The notes under the pieces were generated by a model, which was given only the letters and a program-made list of their open reading frames with translations, searched no databases and was not told the DNA's origin. A program made the translations under genes and the position numbers. Positions 22,241 to 35,384 of a stretch of DNA of 64,000 bases are shown one piece after another (the first letter of the stretch is position 1; each line of letters starts with the position of its first letter). Source of the stretch: Octopus bimaculoides (Eukaryota); the NCBI RefSeq assembly GCF_001194135.2, contig NC_068984.1, positions 23,831,778-23,895,777 of the forward strand, in the 5' to 3' direction.

Positions 22241-23730
22241 TTAGAAGAAAAGTGAGCAGAAAATGGAAATGCAATTTGTAAGAGAAATGTGGAAATACCT
22301 AACGTTGGTTTTTAAAATGTCCGTTTTATCCCTTTTATTCAAATCTAGAGCTACCCTCTAATAAAATCTAGACAAAATTAATGGTATATACATCCACGAA
22401 TACACATATACACGTATACACTAAAATCTTTCATCAATTGCAGTCCATCTTCTGTTCAGTAAAAGAATGAAGGAAGCAGTATTTTGTATCGTCCATGCCT
22501 TTCCCAAAAATGTTTCTTCAGAGAAATATACTGATAATGAATATCCGTATCCTCTACACACACCTACACAGAATATAATGCAAATGCTGCTGACCGACGG
22601 TTATCAATTATAACCGATAACAAAAGTAAACAACAGAGTAATATTGTCTTAAATGCACTGGAATTTCTATAGATACTTCATTCGTTTTTTGGATGATTTT
22701 GTTTTTGCCTGACCCTGAAAGAATAATTCAATATTATATTCAGTCATAAATCTACCAGTCAGTTTCAGTTCTCCTAAAAATATCTACAAATAATTTGAAG
22801 CCCCGCTGTAACAGCGGCTGTGTTCACTTCTGTGAAGTATCACAAGTTGCACGATGGCTATATGTTGAATTGATATGTTAAATTGATCATCTGTCAATAG
22901 AAGATGACATCAAGAAATGAGCAGCACATATGTAAAACCTTGAAATGCAGAAACGAAAATGTGAGGGGCAAAGAAATGAAGTGAAAATAACTGGAAAACA
23001 GTAAAAAAAAAAGAACAGCAACGACTACTGAACAACAGCAAAAATAAGACAATAACAACAGTAACTGCAGCTAAGTTAACAAAGTACAAGTCAAAATTGT
23101 AAGAAAAAAACAAGCGAGAGAGAGAGAGAATGGGAGAGAGAGAAGGGGAGAGAGAGAAGGGGAGAGAGAGACAGGGAGAGGGAGAAATCTTATAATTTAT
23201 GGGAAATTCATTTCTCGACATTTAGGTTTAAGCAGACGACAACCGAACATTGTGAATAGTATAATCGATGTGAACCGACAAACACTGGCATTTCGTATCG
23301 GTATAATGAAGTTTTATAGAGCCTGTATCGTATACAAGGGTCGTTTGGTCAACATTCGAAAAGCAGCGAGAGTTTCTGCCAATAATACAAAAGAACTGAT
23401 AGATTGAAGAATTTTATTTGTTTTTGTTTTATTTCCACGTTTTCAGCATATTATTTGCAAATAGAAAAAATCTAAAAGAACATAAATTACGCAGTGACAG
23501 AAGGAATGCAAATAAAATATAAAAAGAGAAACTCCTGAATAATTCGAAAAAATAAAAAAATAGTGAAGCCAAAGTGGAAATATAATTCAACCAGAAGTAG
23601 GTTTGTATCTTTGTCCTCAGAACAAGGTGTGTGTTCCTAAAATGCAAATTTGGGAATAATTCTCTACACGACTCGTCAGCTATATATAAAACGGGGGTAA
23701 ATATATGGCGCTAACATAATATATGTCTAA

Positions 23731-23947
23731 TATTGATTTCAAATTTTGGCACAAGGCCGGTTGTTTCGAAGGAGGGAGGCAAGTCGATTACATCGACCCC
23801 ATTACTCGACCGGTACTTATTTTATCGATCCCAAAAGGATGAAAAGCAAAGTCAACCTCGGTGGTATTGGAACTCAGAGCGTAAGAACGGACGAAATACT
23901 GCTAAGTATTTTGTCCGGCGTGCTAACGATTCTGCCAGCTCGCCGTC
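23731..23947 (-). mobile_element. Full-length SINE family A
   Basis: tttcaaattttggcacaaggcc tail to ctgccagctcgcc head. Confidence 0.92.
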
Positions 23948-24028
23948 TTACGTTTAATATCAATCATTGATATATATTTTATTAGATCAATAACTAAATA
24001 TAGGTATAATAATATATATTTAAAAATT

Positions 24029-24202
24029 CTTAGCGGTATTTCGTCTGTCTTTACGTTCTGAGTTCAAATTCCGCCGAGGTCGATTTTGCCACTCATCCTT
24101 TCGGGGTCGATAAAATTAGTAACCAGTTACGCACTGGGGTCGATCTAATCGACCGTCCCCCCTCCCCCAAAATATCGGGCCTTGTGCATAGAGCAGAAAA
24201 CA
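24029..24202 (+). mobile_element. 5'-truncated SINE family A with 15-bp TSD
   Basis: aatatatatttaaaa at 24011-24025 and 24203-24217. Confidence 0.92.
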
Positions 24203-24679
24203 AATATATATTTAAAATTAATTATTGATATATTGTATATTATATCATAGCAATGGATAAGTATAGGTAAGTATAACACAATATACTGCAGTGATTCCAG
24301 TACAGTATCTATATTATAAGATGACAAGTAAAATTTATGATAAAGGTAGAAGACAAAGGCGGCACTATTAAAAGAAATATATAAAACGATAAAATAAAAT
24401 CATTCACAAAATAATATGGTACATAGACAGAGAGAGGTGCTTATGCAAGGTTTGGAAAACAGCAGTACTTTTATCAGCGTGAAGAGTTCCTTGAGATAAA
24501 GACCTACAATATATATATAGCTTTTTTGTCTCACATCCGCTTAATACTACAGAAAACAGACAGACATTGGCTGCCATGAATTCTTGAACTTCAAAAATGG
24601 AATTCGTACCTTATTTATTTTAATATAAATTTTGTATCATGCATTTTGGGAATTGAAACGTTTTTAGTTGTAGACTTAC

Positions 24680-24733
24680 ATGAACCAGTCACTGGGCCAC
24701 TGTATTTCTGATGGCATGAGAGAGTAGAAGTGT
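24680..24733 (-). other. Candidate 54-nt internal exon (possibly GPCR 5'UTR)
   Basis: Unique sequence bounded on the minus strand by ttatttcaacag| and |gtaagt. Confidence 0.35.
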
Positions 24734-24829
24734 CTGTTGAAATAACTGCACAAGGCATTTTTGTTTGACGCATCGATTTATCGGTTTTCTCACCATTGTG
24801 TATATTTCGTACACACACACGCACGTGCA

Positions 24830-24850
<21 letters not shown>

Positions 24851-24922
<72 letters not shown>
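24851..24922. repeat. Perfect 72-bp microsatellite palindrome (ATCT)9(AGAT)9
   Basis: Strand switch at a central CT|AG (24886/24887), no spacer. Confidence 0.95.
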
Positions 24923-25489
24923 CTCATAGTAAAGAAACTACTGAGTTCGAGTTTAATCTTTTTTATCAATGATTTTTCTCAATGATTTTTCCATATTTGG
25001 TTTGAAACAATAAATTTGAAACCTGCTCATTACGATAGTGACATATTGTTGCAGCCTATGGTTGAAGGGATCATGGGAATAAAGTTATAACTGATAAACT
25101 CTTCATTACATTTAGAGAACGTCAAACACAATTAGATTGAAAAATCAGTAGTTTATAAAACTAACATTCTCTGTAGAATTCCACAGAAACTAGAGCTTCA
25201 TTAGGCTATAAGAACTTCATTAGTAACAAAATACAACCAAAGAAATTGTCAGAGATATACACGTGAAATACACTATGAAGATAACTGAGTTAAACGTTAG
25301 AACAAACTGAGATTAAAATTTTATCTGTTACATCATCATTTTCGTGATCCTTTGTTGCCTACTATACAACGCTGTAACAATGTGCTACAATTGTCACTTC
25401 AGAACGTCTTGAAATGCAGTCCAGAAGGTATTGAAATGTTGCACATAGATGCAACTTGTCATTCTCTCCATTACAAACAACAGGTATTA

Positions 25490-25710
25490 GTTGCTGTAAT
25501 TAGTAACCTCAGTTCAATCCTGATCGATTAGACCTATGATTAAATGCATTTCTATTGTGATCACTTCAAGATTTTCCTGACACTAAAGCTTGGAATACAT
25601 TATCTAACATACACTATCCTTTATTCTAAAGACAGTTGAGAGTTTTACGAAGGAGATTTGGCTGCTACTTTTAGCTGGTCATCAACTACATAGAGATTCA
25701 CACATTGGTG
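25490..25710 (+). repeat. Old interspersed repeat family E
   Basis: ctgatcga..agacctatga and ggagatttggctgctact motifs. Confidence 0.7.
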
Positions 25711-26202
25711 TCAGAAGATTGAATAAGAAAGCCTCCTATCACTAGACCAATGTCGCCTAATAAAAATCATATAATCTTATGATAAAATCTAGCCGTCAAC
25801 AAACGAATAAACCATCCAATTGCACTCGATATGATTAAGTATCCTTTCTTACTAAGCTCCCATGTCTTTTAATTGTATGTGTGGATAAATCTTCATTGAA
25901 GATATTAACTGGAAAACCCAGGAAAATGAATGGAAGATATATGAATAAGAAATAACATCCTGGTAGCATTAGACCAACAGCTGTGTGGTTGTTGTCTTTG
26001 ATAATATAACACTATCTCAAATCTCTAAAAACGATTACGCACGTAAGCTTCACACACGTAAGCACACATAAACATACATTCATATTGCGCTATTCAAATA
26101 GAATGCACAAATTCGAGAGGAAAATACACATAGAAATATGTTTAGTATTAGTAATGTACGGTAAAAGAAATATGAGCAACAGATCGGCATTGTGATTATA
26201 TC

Positions 26203-26372
26203 TCTGCTGTTATTTTTGCCCCAGGCCAGCCCTGATTGTGCAGGCTTATGAACAAAGGCGTTCTAGTCGTGACTTTCATGTATCATTTAGATGACAGCGT
26301 GTGGCTAAAGGAAAGTTTGGATGTTGTTTTTAGTAAGTCGAGTGACCACACAAAGGGTCTCTCGCTGGTGTG
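26203..26372 (+). repeat. Old interspersed repeat family E
   Basis: gccccaggccagccctgat..tatgaacaaagg..tttagtaagtcgagtgaccac. Confidence 0.7.
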
Positions 26373-27129
26373 ATTATCTCCGTGTGTTACTACAGAGAGA
26401 TAAACATAGTTATCGTGGAATATTGAAATACGAGAATGCAGTCCCAGCTGTTGGGAGTTCCTAATTTAGAAGTACATTGTTTTCGAGATTTTGGGTTTTC
26501 GACTTTTTAATATAGTCGCAAACAACACGAGCGGAGAACTTGATTCAGTTTCAGTTTCTGACTGAACCCAGTTATACTTTCTTTAAGTGGTACGTATTCT
26601 TGGAAAAGGCTTGAAATTCATATCATCTCTTTCTCATTTGTTTGTAAAATGGCGAACTTATACCCATTTCACATGGCTCTTTTGTAATGCAGTTTGCAGT
26701 AATAAGATTCACAATTATAATGATGACAACTGTACACGTGTCAAAAGTTTACATCGATATATATATCTTGATACACACTAGGATACTATTTCCTATTAAA
26801 ACACAAAGAAAACAAATCGTTCACAGACTACCAATGAAAACATACCATCACTAATATAAATATTATGGCCATTCACGGTAGAACAAGCGTATAAATGTTA
26901 ATTACACTCGTTTATGAATGAAACGTTATGAATACTACTATATTTACAAAGAAGGCGAAGTGGTTGAGACAGCAAGGTGCCGGTCTAAATGCATTTACAA
27001 TACTCAGTTATGTCCGCATCTCAGTTCCGGTTAAGTTTAAATCCTGCTGAGACCAACTGTGCTTTTCACTCCTCTGAAGCTGATAACATAAATAATACCA
27101 TTCAGTTAATGAAATAAATACCATACCAG

Positions 27130-27685
27130 AATCAATATAAATGACTGCATAAGGGCTAACATGAAGTCACTTGGAATGGATCCAAAGGTCATAGAAACTC
27201 TTGCTTCGGGTCGAGCTGGATGGCGAATAAAAGTTTGGAGTGGAGTGAAAGCTTTTGAAGAAGCCTGGATGACACATGCAAGAAATTTAAAGAAGAATGT
27301 TGCGATTAACGAGAAGGTGAATCTCAGTGACTTTTCTGTGTGCAAAGTTTGTGACAGACCGTGCCATTCTTTTGCTGGGCTCAAATCTCATTTGCAAACC
27401 CATGAAAAACGAACCTCCACCGACTACTCGGCCTAGATATCAGTGCATACCTGTCAATGCCGTGTATGCCATAAGACCTGCAAATCTAACGGAGGTCTCA
27501 AAAGATCCACAAAGATCAGAATTTAACTGCGGCTCTCGGTGATCCAAATCAGATATACAATTTATGTGGGTGTCTTTTCAAAACATTGCTTGGTTCAAAA
27601 AGCTACATCAGACACCATGATAGATCTAAGGTGTAATTACAAGAGGTAGTCAGAGTCTGCATAAAGAGTGGACAACCACTATATA
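27130..27685 (+). mobile_element. RTE-clade LINE 3' end with three tandem C2H2-like zinc fingers (decayed)
   Basis: YKDCIRANMKSLGMDPKVIETLASGRAGWRIKVWSGVKAFEE (RTE C-terminal motif), then fingers at 27341-27403, 27458-27517 and 27556-27618; nonsense and frameshift lesions. Confidence 0.88.
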
Positions 27686-28813
27686 TACCTGCAAATATGT
27701 ATGTATTTATGTATGTATGATTGCATGTGTGTAAGTGAATGAGTGTATTTTTATCTATGCTTATGAGCGTAAGCCTCGATGAACAGAGATCAATTAAAAA
27801 GTACCAGAATTATGTAAGTACTGCGATGATATGCTCGACTAAAACTCATGAAGGTGCTACCCAAGCACAAACGCAGCTTCCAAAACTGATATTTATATGA
27901 ATAGGAAATTAGTATAGTGAGGTTACGGAAGATACCTACGAAAGCAGAGCTGCAAACAAATGTTATTAGTTCGGCAGATTATTTCTAACAATTAAAATAG
28001 AGTGGAAGTCGGTTTATTCTCTCTTTAGAATCGATCAAATATAAGCCGATAGTATATTACAGTCGATTCAAGCGAATAATATTGATTCTGTGCTCCATGA
28101 AACGAATTAATAAAAGCAAACCTGAATAAACTGTGAATAAAAATATAAAAAAGAAAAGCTTTTTTACTAATTCAATTCATTGGTATCTGACATCACTCTA
28201 TACCCATGGAAAGTTTCCAATTTCTAAAACAAAACAATACAACCGAAGGACAGTGGAAATTTCAATCTACGTTGCTTCTAGGTGGAAAACTTACATTTTC
28301 TAAGATGGAATAGGTCTAATATAGCATATTATGCTGAAAACATAGAAATCCATTGGATCTTTGAGTCATAAACCTATTCATAATATATTTAATTCATTTA
28401 TTACAAATGTTACAATCTTGATATGTTAAGCCTGACTACGGCTATTTAACGGTATTTCAATCTTATCTCTGAATGTCTGCTAAAGCTTTTAGTTATTATG
28501 AGACTACCGTAAGGAAAGTCAACCTTAGACTTTAATACTAAGCAATTATCTTGCCAACAAATGTATTAATAAATATGATCGTTAAATCACAATCTTATCT
28601 CCTAATCCTTTTAACACGACGATTATTGGCGAACATGTTAAAATTATAAGTAATTCTGCAAATTGAGTAAAATGTCGTGAACGAATGAATGATAACATCA
28701 GTGAGTGAGATTACTTGAGGATTAATTTAATTAATTGAAATAATCTGAACGATAATATTCATCTCCGTAATCTGAAAATGAAATAGAAATATTGACATCA
28801 TATTCTGAATGAT

Positions 28814-29046
28814 AATTCTTTCAATAATAGGCACAAGGCTTGAAATTTTGGCGGAAGGAATAGTCGATTGCATTGAACCCAGTACTCAACTGGTACTTAT
28901 TTTATTGACCTCAAAATGACAAAAAAAAAAAAGAAAAAAGAAAAAAGTCCAATTTCGCAGAATTTGAACTCGGAACATAAAGAGCTGCAAGAAAATTGGC
29001 TAAGCATTTTTATGTGGTGTGCTAACGATTTTGCCAGCTCGCTGTC
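28814..29046 (-). mobile_element. SINE family A
   Basis: ggcacaaggcttgaaatttt tail to ttgccagctcgc head. Confidence 0.85.
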
Positions 29047-29060
29047 TCGAATAGGCCGGA

Positions 29061-29250
29061 AAAATATTCCCTTCTATTTTAGGCATAATGTCTGAAATTT
29101 TGGGGGAAGAGGATAGTCGATTACATTGAGCTCAGTACTCAACTGGTACTTATTTTATCGACCCCGAAAGGATGAAAGTTAAAGTCGACCTCAGTGGAAC
29201 TTGAACTCAGAACGTAATGAGCCGAAAAAAATTCCGCGAAGTAATTTGTT
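29061..29250 (-). mobile_element. SINE family A, tandem with the previous copy
   Basis: atcgaccccgaaaggatgaaagttaaagtcgacctcagtggaac core. Confidence 0.85.
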
Positions 29251-30072
29251 CGGATTCTTCCAACTTTACAACTCACATATTCAGAAAAATAATAACAAAT
29301 ATTCTGACAGAGTCAAGCAAATTCAAAATCTCATCTACATAGTTGAAATACTATCTGAAGCATTACTGGGTCAGTCATAACATATGGTTCTGTAGTATTG
29401 GAGTGGAACGTAACAGATCTAGATTCTCCAGAATGTAACAGTAGAAATAGCCTAAAAAGAAGAACCACATAGTACACAATAAGTACAGTGACTTTATATT
29501 CCAAGAAGAGAAGGTGGCTGGGGAACTATTGAGTGTCAGGGAGCAATTTAAGAAAGCAGTTATCCATTATTCCCAATACGTTCTCCGATTCACAAGAGGG
29601 CTTGCTACGTACCCTTGAATGCGATCATATAAATTGCAGTAAATCAATTATAATGAGAGGAAAGAAGAAAAAGAAAAGGAAAACATTCTCTAAAGAAATT
29701 CGAGCATTTAAAATATGAATATATAAGACGAAAACAGTAATGATTTCCAGGACATCTACAATGAATAATCATAAATGTATGTCATTGTATAGTTAGTATA
29801 TCGCAAGTTAAATGTTTATACACACACACACACACACACGCACGCGCGCGAATATGTGTATGTGTATACATACTACCTCTGGACTTGGATAGGTAGAAGC
29901 TTACACGAAGCAGTAGAAGCAACATTCTAGAACAAACTCGTCACTACAAGACATGGTGAAAGGAATATGTATATGTAAAATTCCCTCAATTTTATGACAT
30001 AAATGTCACCTGCGTAGTGTATTTTCAGAAACAATACACCATATTGAATCAAAATGTCCTATATTAGCTTAC

Positions 30073-30107
<35 letters not shown>

Positions 30108-30558
30108 AAATTTTTAGTCGTTGTTTTAATACTGTGTAAAAGGAAACTAACATATAAAAAGAAAATTTATACATAAACTTGATCGGTTCGCGTTTTAGCC
30201 ACTGCCGGGTAGTGTGTTTAATTTGTTCACTGAACACCACTGCGAATTCCCCCTTCAAAAATCCCCACTAAATCGAATTTATTTATTTATATTTTGGTTG
30301 TGTATGCTTTAAGCAGCATAAATTACGAGCCTGTAAAAAATAAATTTTTGGTGCTGGTGAAAGTCCTCCTTCCATAATTTTACAACTTTGACGCTTTCAT
30401 CTTTGGTAGTATTCAATCAGAATGAAAAGCGAAGAGTGTAAATGAAGTTAGGTTCTTCGCCCGACGCTCTTCAGATTCGGTTAAAACTCAATACACTACA
30501 GTAAAGATAATAATGAAGAAAAAGAGGAAGAAGAAGAATGAATGAAAATTAACATATA

Positions 30559-30596
<38 letters not shown>

Positions 30597-30869
30597 TTTT
30601 TAGTTTCTCTTTTTGTTATTCTTTTTCATCATTTATGAAGTCAGAAAAACAAACACACATGCGCGCACGCACACGCACGTACGCACGCACACGCACGTAC
30701 GCACGCACACGCACGCACGCACGCACTCACACACTACACGCATCCACACACACTAACATGTTTTGGTTGATATATCTATTGTTAGATTCAAGTACAAGAA
30801 GCCTGAGATAAATGTTAATAATAATAATAAGACTACTGAAAAAAAAAATGGTAATTGAATCGGAGATTA

Positions 30870-31290
30870 ATGTTAATTCACAAAGACAAGGTAATTAGAA
30901 CAAATCGTCTTGACATTATCGTCAAAGACCAACTAAGTAACAATGTTTCATAATCTATGCTTTAATGTAATAAGGAGGGATGTCTTCTAACCGATGCACC
31001 ATCGAACAACAATACGCTTGGGAAAGAAATAGAAAAAAACTATCCAAATATAAGGACATAGAGACAAACCAGAAAGTGGGATTTGAAAACAGAGGCAATC
31101 CTCGTATTAGCAAGAGTACTGAGAATGGTAGAAAGAGATGCAGAAAAATACATAACCGAGATTCTAGAACTTATAAATATACACAAAATACATACAAAAA
31201 TAGCACTATATATACACAAAGCACACATTCGGAAAATAGTTTGCAACTGGTAAAGCACACTAAATGCTGCTCGGTTAAACATTGAAAGCA
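30870..31290 (+). mobile_element. Decayed RLE-type non-LTR retrotransposon C-terminus
   Basis: DKVIRTNRLDIIVKD (NRPD-like), KLSKYKDIE and KWDLKTEAI segments in shifted frames; same class as 3990-4442. Confidence 0.75.
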
Positions 31291-32359
31291 ACCAATAAAA
31301 AACAAAGCAAAAAAAAAACACAAAAAAAACAAAACAAGTGAAACAACAATGAAAACATCGTTATTATTGCCTTGCTCCATATCCCTTGAGGAAGTCATTT
31401 CTGAAAGCTTGAGACATGGTGGCGAATGCTTGCATCGCCTCTGTCATAATTTAGCACCTGATTGTCACACCTCACCTCGTTTACCGACTGATCAAATTGG
31501 AATGTCTGCTCTTCCGTTTCACATAGAAAGGATGCGTTCCACTGGCCAAACTAGGGCCCTCTGGAAGGCTGATTCGGAATGTTGTGGTGCCGATAAGCAG
31601 ATACGCGATAAGGATGCGGCGAATGCAGAGATTTCTCGACGGTAAGCATGTGTGGTCTCCGTTTGTAGAGCATGTTTATATGGGGGTGGAAAAATAGTTT
31701 GTCCAAGGAACATGCTTCTTCTGCTTGTGTATTTGTGATTAGTAAAAGACACAAACATGATAGAACTGATCACATACCCCAAAGGAAAAGATTGTGAAAG
31801 CAGTAATACAAACTTTAAAAAAGATAAACAGAAAGGGAAAATAATGACATTTAAATATGCACAGAAAAAATGCCAATTCCACAAACGACTGCTTTGTAAA
31901 CGTAGACGTTTGCACTATAACACATTCAAATGCCGATAGATAATTTTTTTAAAAAGCAACAAGTGCTTTATTAGTGTTACGAGCTTGAAGGATGGATTAT
32001 GGAAGCAGTGAGTAAAATAGACTCTACTTCGTTGCTTTCGGAATTATGTTACTGGGGACAATAACATAACTGTGTCTTGTGGAAAACGGAAGTCTTCCAT
32101 GTATCTGCACAGTAGCAGTTGGCAGAACACCCATTGTAAGCCGTTTTGTAACATGTTTTGTATGAATGAATGAGCTTTGTAGCAAATAATGAGAAAAGTT
32201 CTTTTTCCTCTGAGGATGGTTGTTATAGCCTGATCACTTTTCTGCTTCGATAGCGGACTACAATCATAGCCTTATATATCAAGCATGGCATTTCCTTGCC
32301 TTTTTCATTCCTTTAGGTCAATCTAATCATCGAGTGCTCTTCGCAATATATTTGTTGAC

Positions 32360-32552
32360 GAAGTGCTTAGCGGTATTTCGCCCGTCACTACGTTCTGAGT
32401 TCAAATTCCGCCGAGGTCGACTTTGCCTTTCATCCTTTCGGGGTCGATAAATCAAGTACCAGTCAAGTACTGGGGTCGATGTGATCGACTTTTCCCTCTT
32501 CCCCCAAAACTGATACCTTGTGTCTATAGTAGAAAGGATTATTATTATTATT
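32360..32552 (+). mobile_element. 5'-truncated SINE family A
   Basis: Near-consensus gttctgagttcaaattccgccgaggtcgactttgcctttcatcctttcggggtcgataaa with (ATT)n tail. Confidence 0.92.
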
Positions 32553-33318
32553 GTTGTTGTTGTTGTTGATGCATATTTCCATGAGTGAATATCTTCTCTT
32601 CGCTCCGAAAATTTCTAAATTTTACAAAGTTCAACTGAAGAAAACAATCTCTTTTTGGATAATTTTTCGCTAAGGTAAATACTTGGACGCGCTTCACGTC
32701 TAATATTTATTATTAGAGATATGAGGTCCGTCATTTTAGACAGAATCTATTTTATTTATTTATTTTTGTTTTTGCCTGCAGTTCAACAGAATAGAAACGT
32801 CTACAAAAAAAAAAAAATGAAAATGAAGGTAACTATACGAAGAATAAACAATAAAAAAGGAAAAGCAAGGCTAACACACTGTACATGAATAATGATAGTT
32901 TAAAAGTTGAAAACATTAATTTGAACAATTTGAACGATACCCCCAATAAATATAAAAATAAATCGCAGATACATTTTGCAAAACGAAGAAATCAACCTAA
33001 CTACATCGAATTTTGTTTAACTTTGAGTTACCGTATTTCTTTCGCTTGCGCTGCTAGTCATACAGAAAATAAAAATGAAAAGATTTGCGTGACAGAAATA
33101 TGTAATTAAGGAAACACCTCTTTACCAATGATATTTATCCCAGTATGAACAAGAAGAAAGGTCACATGTATTTTCATCTCTAAAAGCTCAGGGAATTTTC
33201 TTACGCAGTCAAAGCAACGGATGGAGGTATCCTTGTCTAATATGTGTAGCGATATCTTCTTCCTTGGATAGGGTAAGATTTACACGATCTGGTTTTCAAA
33301 ACTGAGAAAGGTAGTGAG

Positions 33319-33378
33319 TCATATATTGGTAGATTAGTCTATAGGTAGATACCTATAGACTAATCTACCAATACATGA
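33319..33378. repeat. 60-nt inverted repeat: 23-bp perfect stem, 4-nt loop, 4 more pairs after one mismatch
   Basis: tattggtagattagtctataggt-agat-acctatagactaatctaccaata. Confidence 0.95.
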
Positions 33379-33544
33379 GATGAAAAATTACGAGAGTTAC
33401 GGTAAAGAACATTGATAATGACGTTGATACTTAGTGCAGTACGAGCAAGTGGCGATCGCCCAAGTGACTAGAAACTAGCTGTGGTCAAGAAGAAACTGTT
33501 TATGTAACACGTTTCTTTTCTTTTTTTATGCATGAATATGCTCT

Positions 33545-33745
33545 TGGGGGAAGTAGACAGAGTCGTTAGTGCGTTGGGCCTTGCAGTATTTCTTCTGATT
33601 CATTACACTCTGAGTTAGAATCTCGCCATTTAGTTTTTATCCCTCCGTAGTCGATAAAACAAAGCATACTCAAGTATTGGTGTTGATAGTATCGACTAAT
33701 CCCCTCCTTTGAAAAGTTGATGACCTCGTACCTAAATCAGAAACC
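33545..33745 (+). mobile_element. Highly diverged SINE family A copy
   Basis: gtcgttagtgcg..ctgagttagaatctcgcc..gtcgataaaac..atcgact pattern. Confidence 0.55.
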
Positions 33746-35384
33746 ACCATCACTATCGTTATATTTTACAACAGTTTAATGCGACTTTTCACTGCACAAC
33801 CAGGTGCATCGCCGTTTCCTGAGGTGCGTATTGTATCGAATGTAGATTGAGCCGTGGTGGTGAATGCATTCATCGCTATTTTTGTTGCAGAGTTTTTTTC
33901 TTTGTTCTTAGCGTTATTTTAGTTTTTTCGTCTATTTGTTGTGTAGAATATTTCTATGATGGGGTATGTTATTTTGTTTGACTGTGATTATGTTTCATTT
34001 GCATGATATTCTCTGGTGGTAAATGTGCAGAATATGACCAGCGTGAGTTGTAGTGCATTATTGGATGGAATTGGTTCTGGGAAGCCAGTCATCCATACTT
34101 TCGTTGATAACAACATCCCGGAAGCTACGATCCAACCTAGAGCGCTGCGACAAGGACTGAGAATGGCAAAAGAAACAAATACGCCGGGACACTGGAAAGA
34201 ACTGGTGTTGCTGGTAAAGAAACGAAGGTTTTTATCAACGCCGTCGGATCAAATATAGTTGAAGCAACATGTGACCTTTACATCATGGCTGTGGTAACCA
34301 ATTGGTCTGGCAATTTAATTATTTGTAATAATATTTTGAGTATCAGTATGCTGCTGAAATCTTGAAGGTTGTTATGCTTATATGTAGAATTTTCAAAAAC
34401 AAAAGAAAAAGAACAAGAAACTTTCCAAACAAACATTCTAAACGACGACATAATCCTATCATGTAACATGTCTTGAACGAGTTTTCTCCCCTACTAGCGA
34501 CCCCGTAATATTTTCAAGTCCCTTGTTAGAATTAGAAAATAACTGTCAGGATCAGACGTTGTTTTGTGCTCTTAGATGCTTTTACTAATACTTATTTCCC
34601 AACCTGAAGAAGTGCGTTTTTCATTATAAAGACAGAAAAAAAAAAAAACTAGTGCAGAATATGAATTGTGTGAGTTGGTGGTGGTGTGTTGTATGCTTTA
34701 CAACACTGGATGTTGATTATGCAAGAGTATACATGTGTTATTTTTTGGGGCGGAGATTGTGTAGATTATGTGGTGTACGGANNNNNNNNNNNNNNNNNNN
34801 NNNNNNNNNNNNNNNNNNNNNNNNNNNNNNNNNNNNNNNNNNNNNNNNNNNNNNNNNNNNNNNNNNNNNNNNNNNNNNNNNNNNNNNNNNNNNNNNNNNN
34901 NNNNNNNNNNNNNNNNNNNNNNNNNNNNNNNNNNNNNNNNNNNNNNNNNNNNNNNNNNNNNNNNNNNNNNNNNNNNNNNNNNNNNNNNNNNNNNNNNNNN
35001 NNNNNNNNNNNNNNNNNNNNNNNNNNNNNNNNNNNNNNNNNNNNNNNNNNNNNNNNNNNNNNNNNNNNNNNNNNNNNNNNNNNNNNNNNNNNNNNNNNNN
35101 NNNNNNNNNNNNNNNNNNNNNNNNNNNNNNNNNNNNNNNNNNNNNNNNNNNNNNNNNNNNNNNNNNNNNNNNNNNNNNNNNNNNNNNNNNNNNNNNNNNN
35201 NNNNNNNNNNNNNNNGTCTCATAGAAAAAAAGTCCTTCTTCTGTCAAGACTAGTTTCAATTATATTCTCTTTGCTTTGTTTTATTTTTATAAATTGGCCA
35301 AATTGTTTCTGTTTTGTTTCGAATTGGCATGGTTTATATACAGTGATTGTCTTAAAAGAAATGTTTCCTTCTCGAGACATGCCA

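Noticed and set aside
34016-34258. 80-aa ORF in GC-richer unique sequence
   Set aside because: GTG start, no recognisable domain on either strand, and no flanking splice signals I could support.
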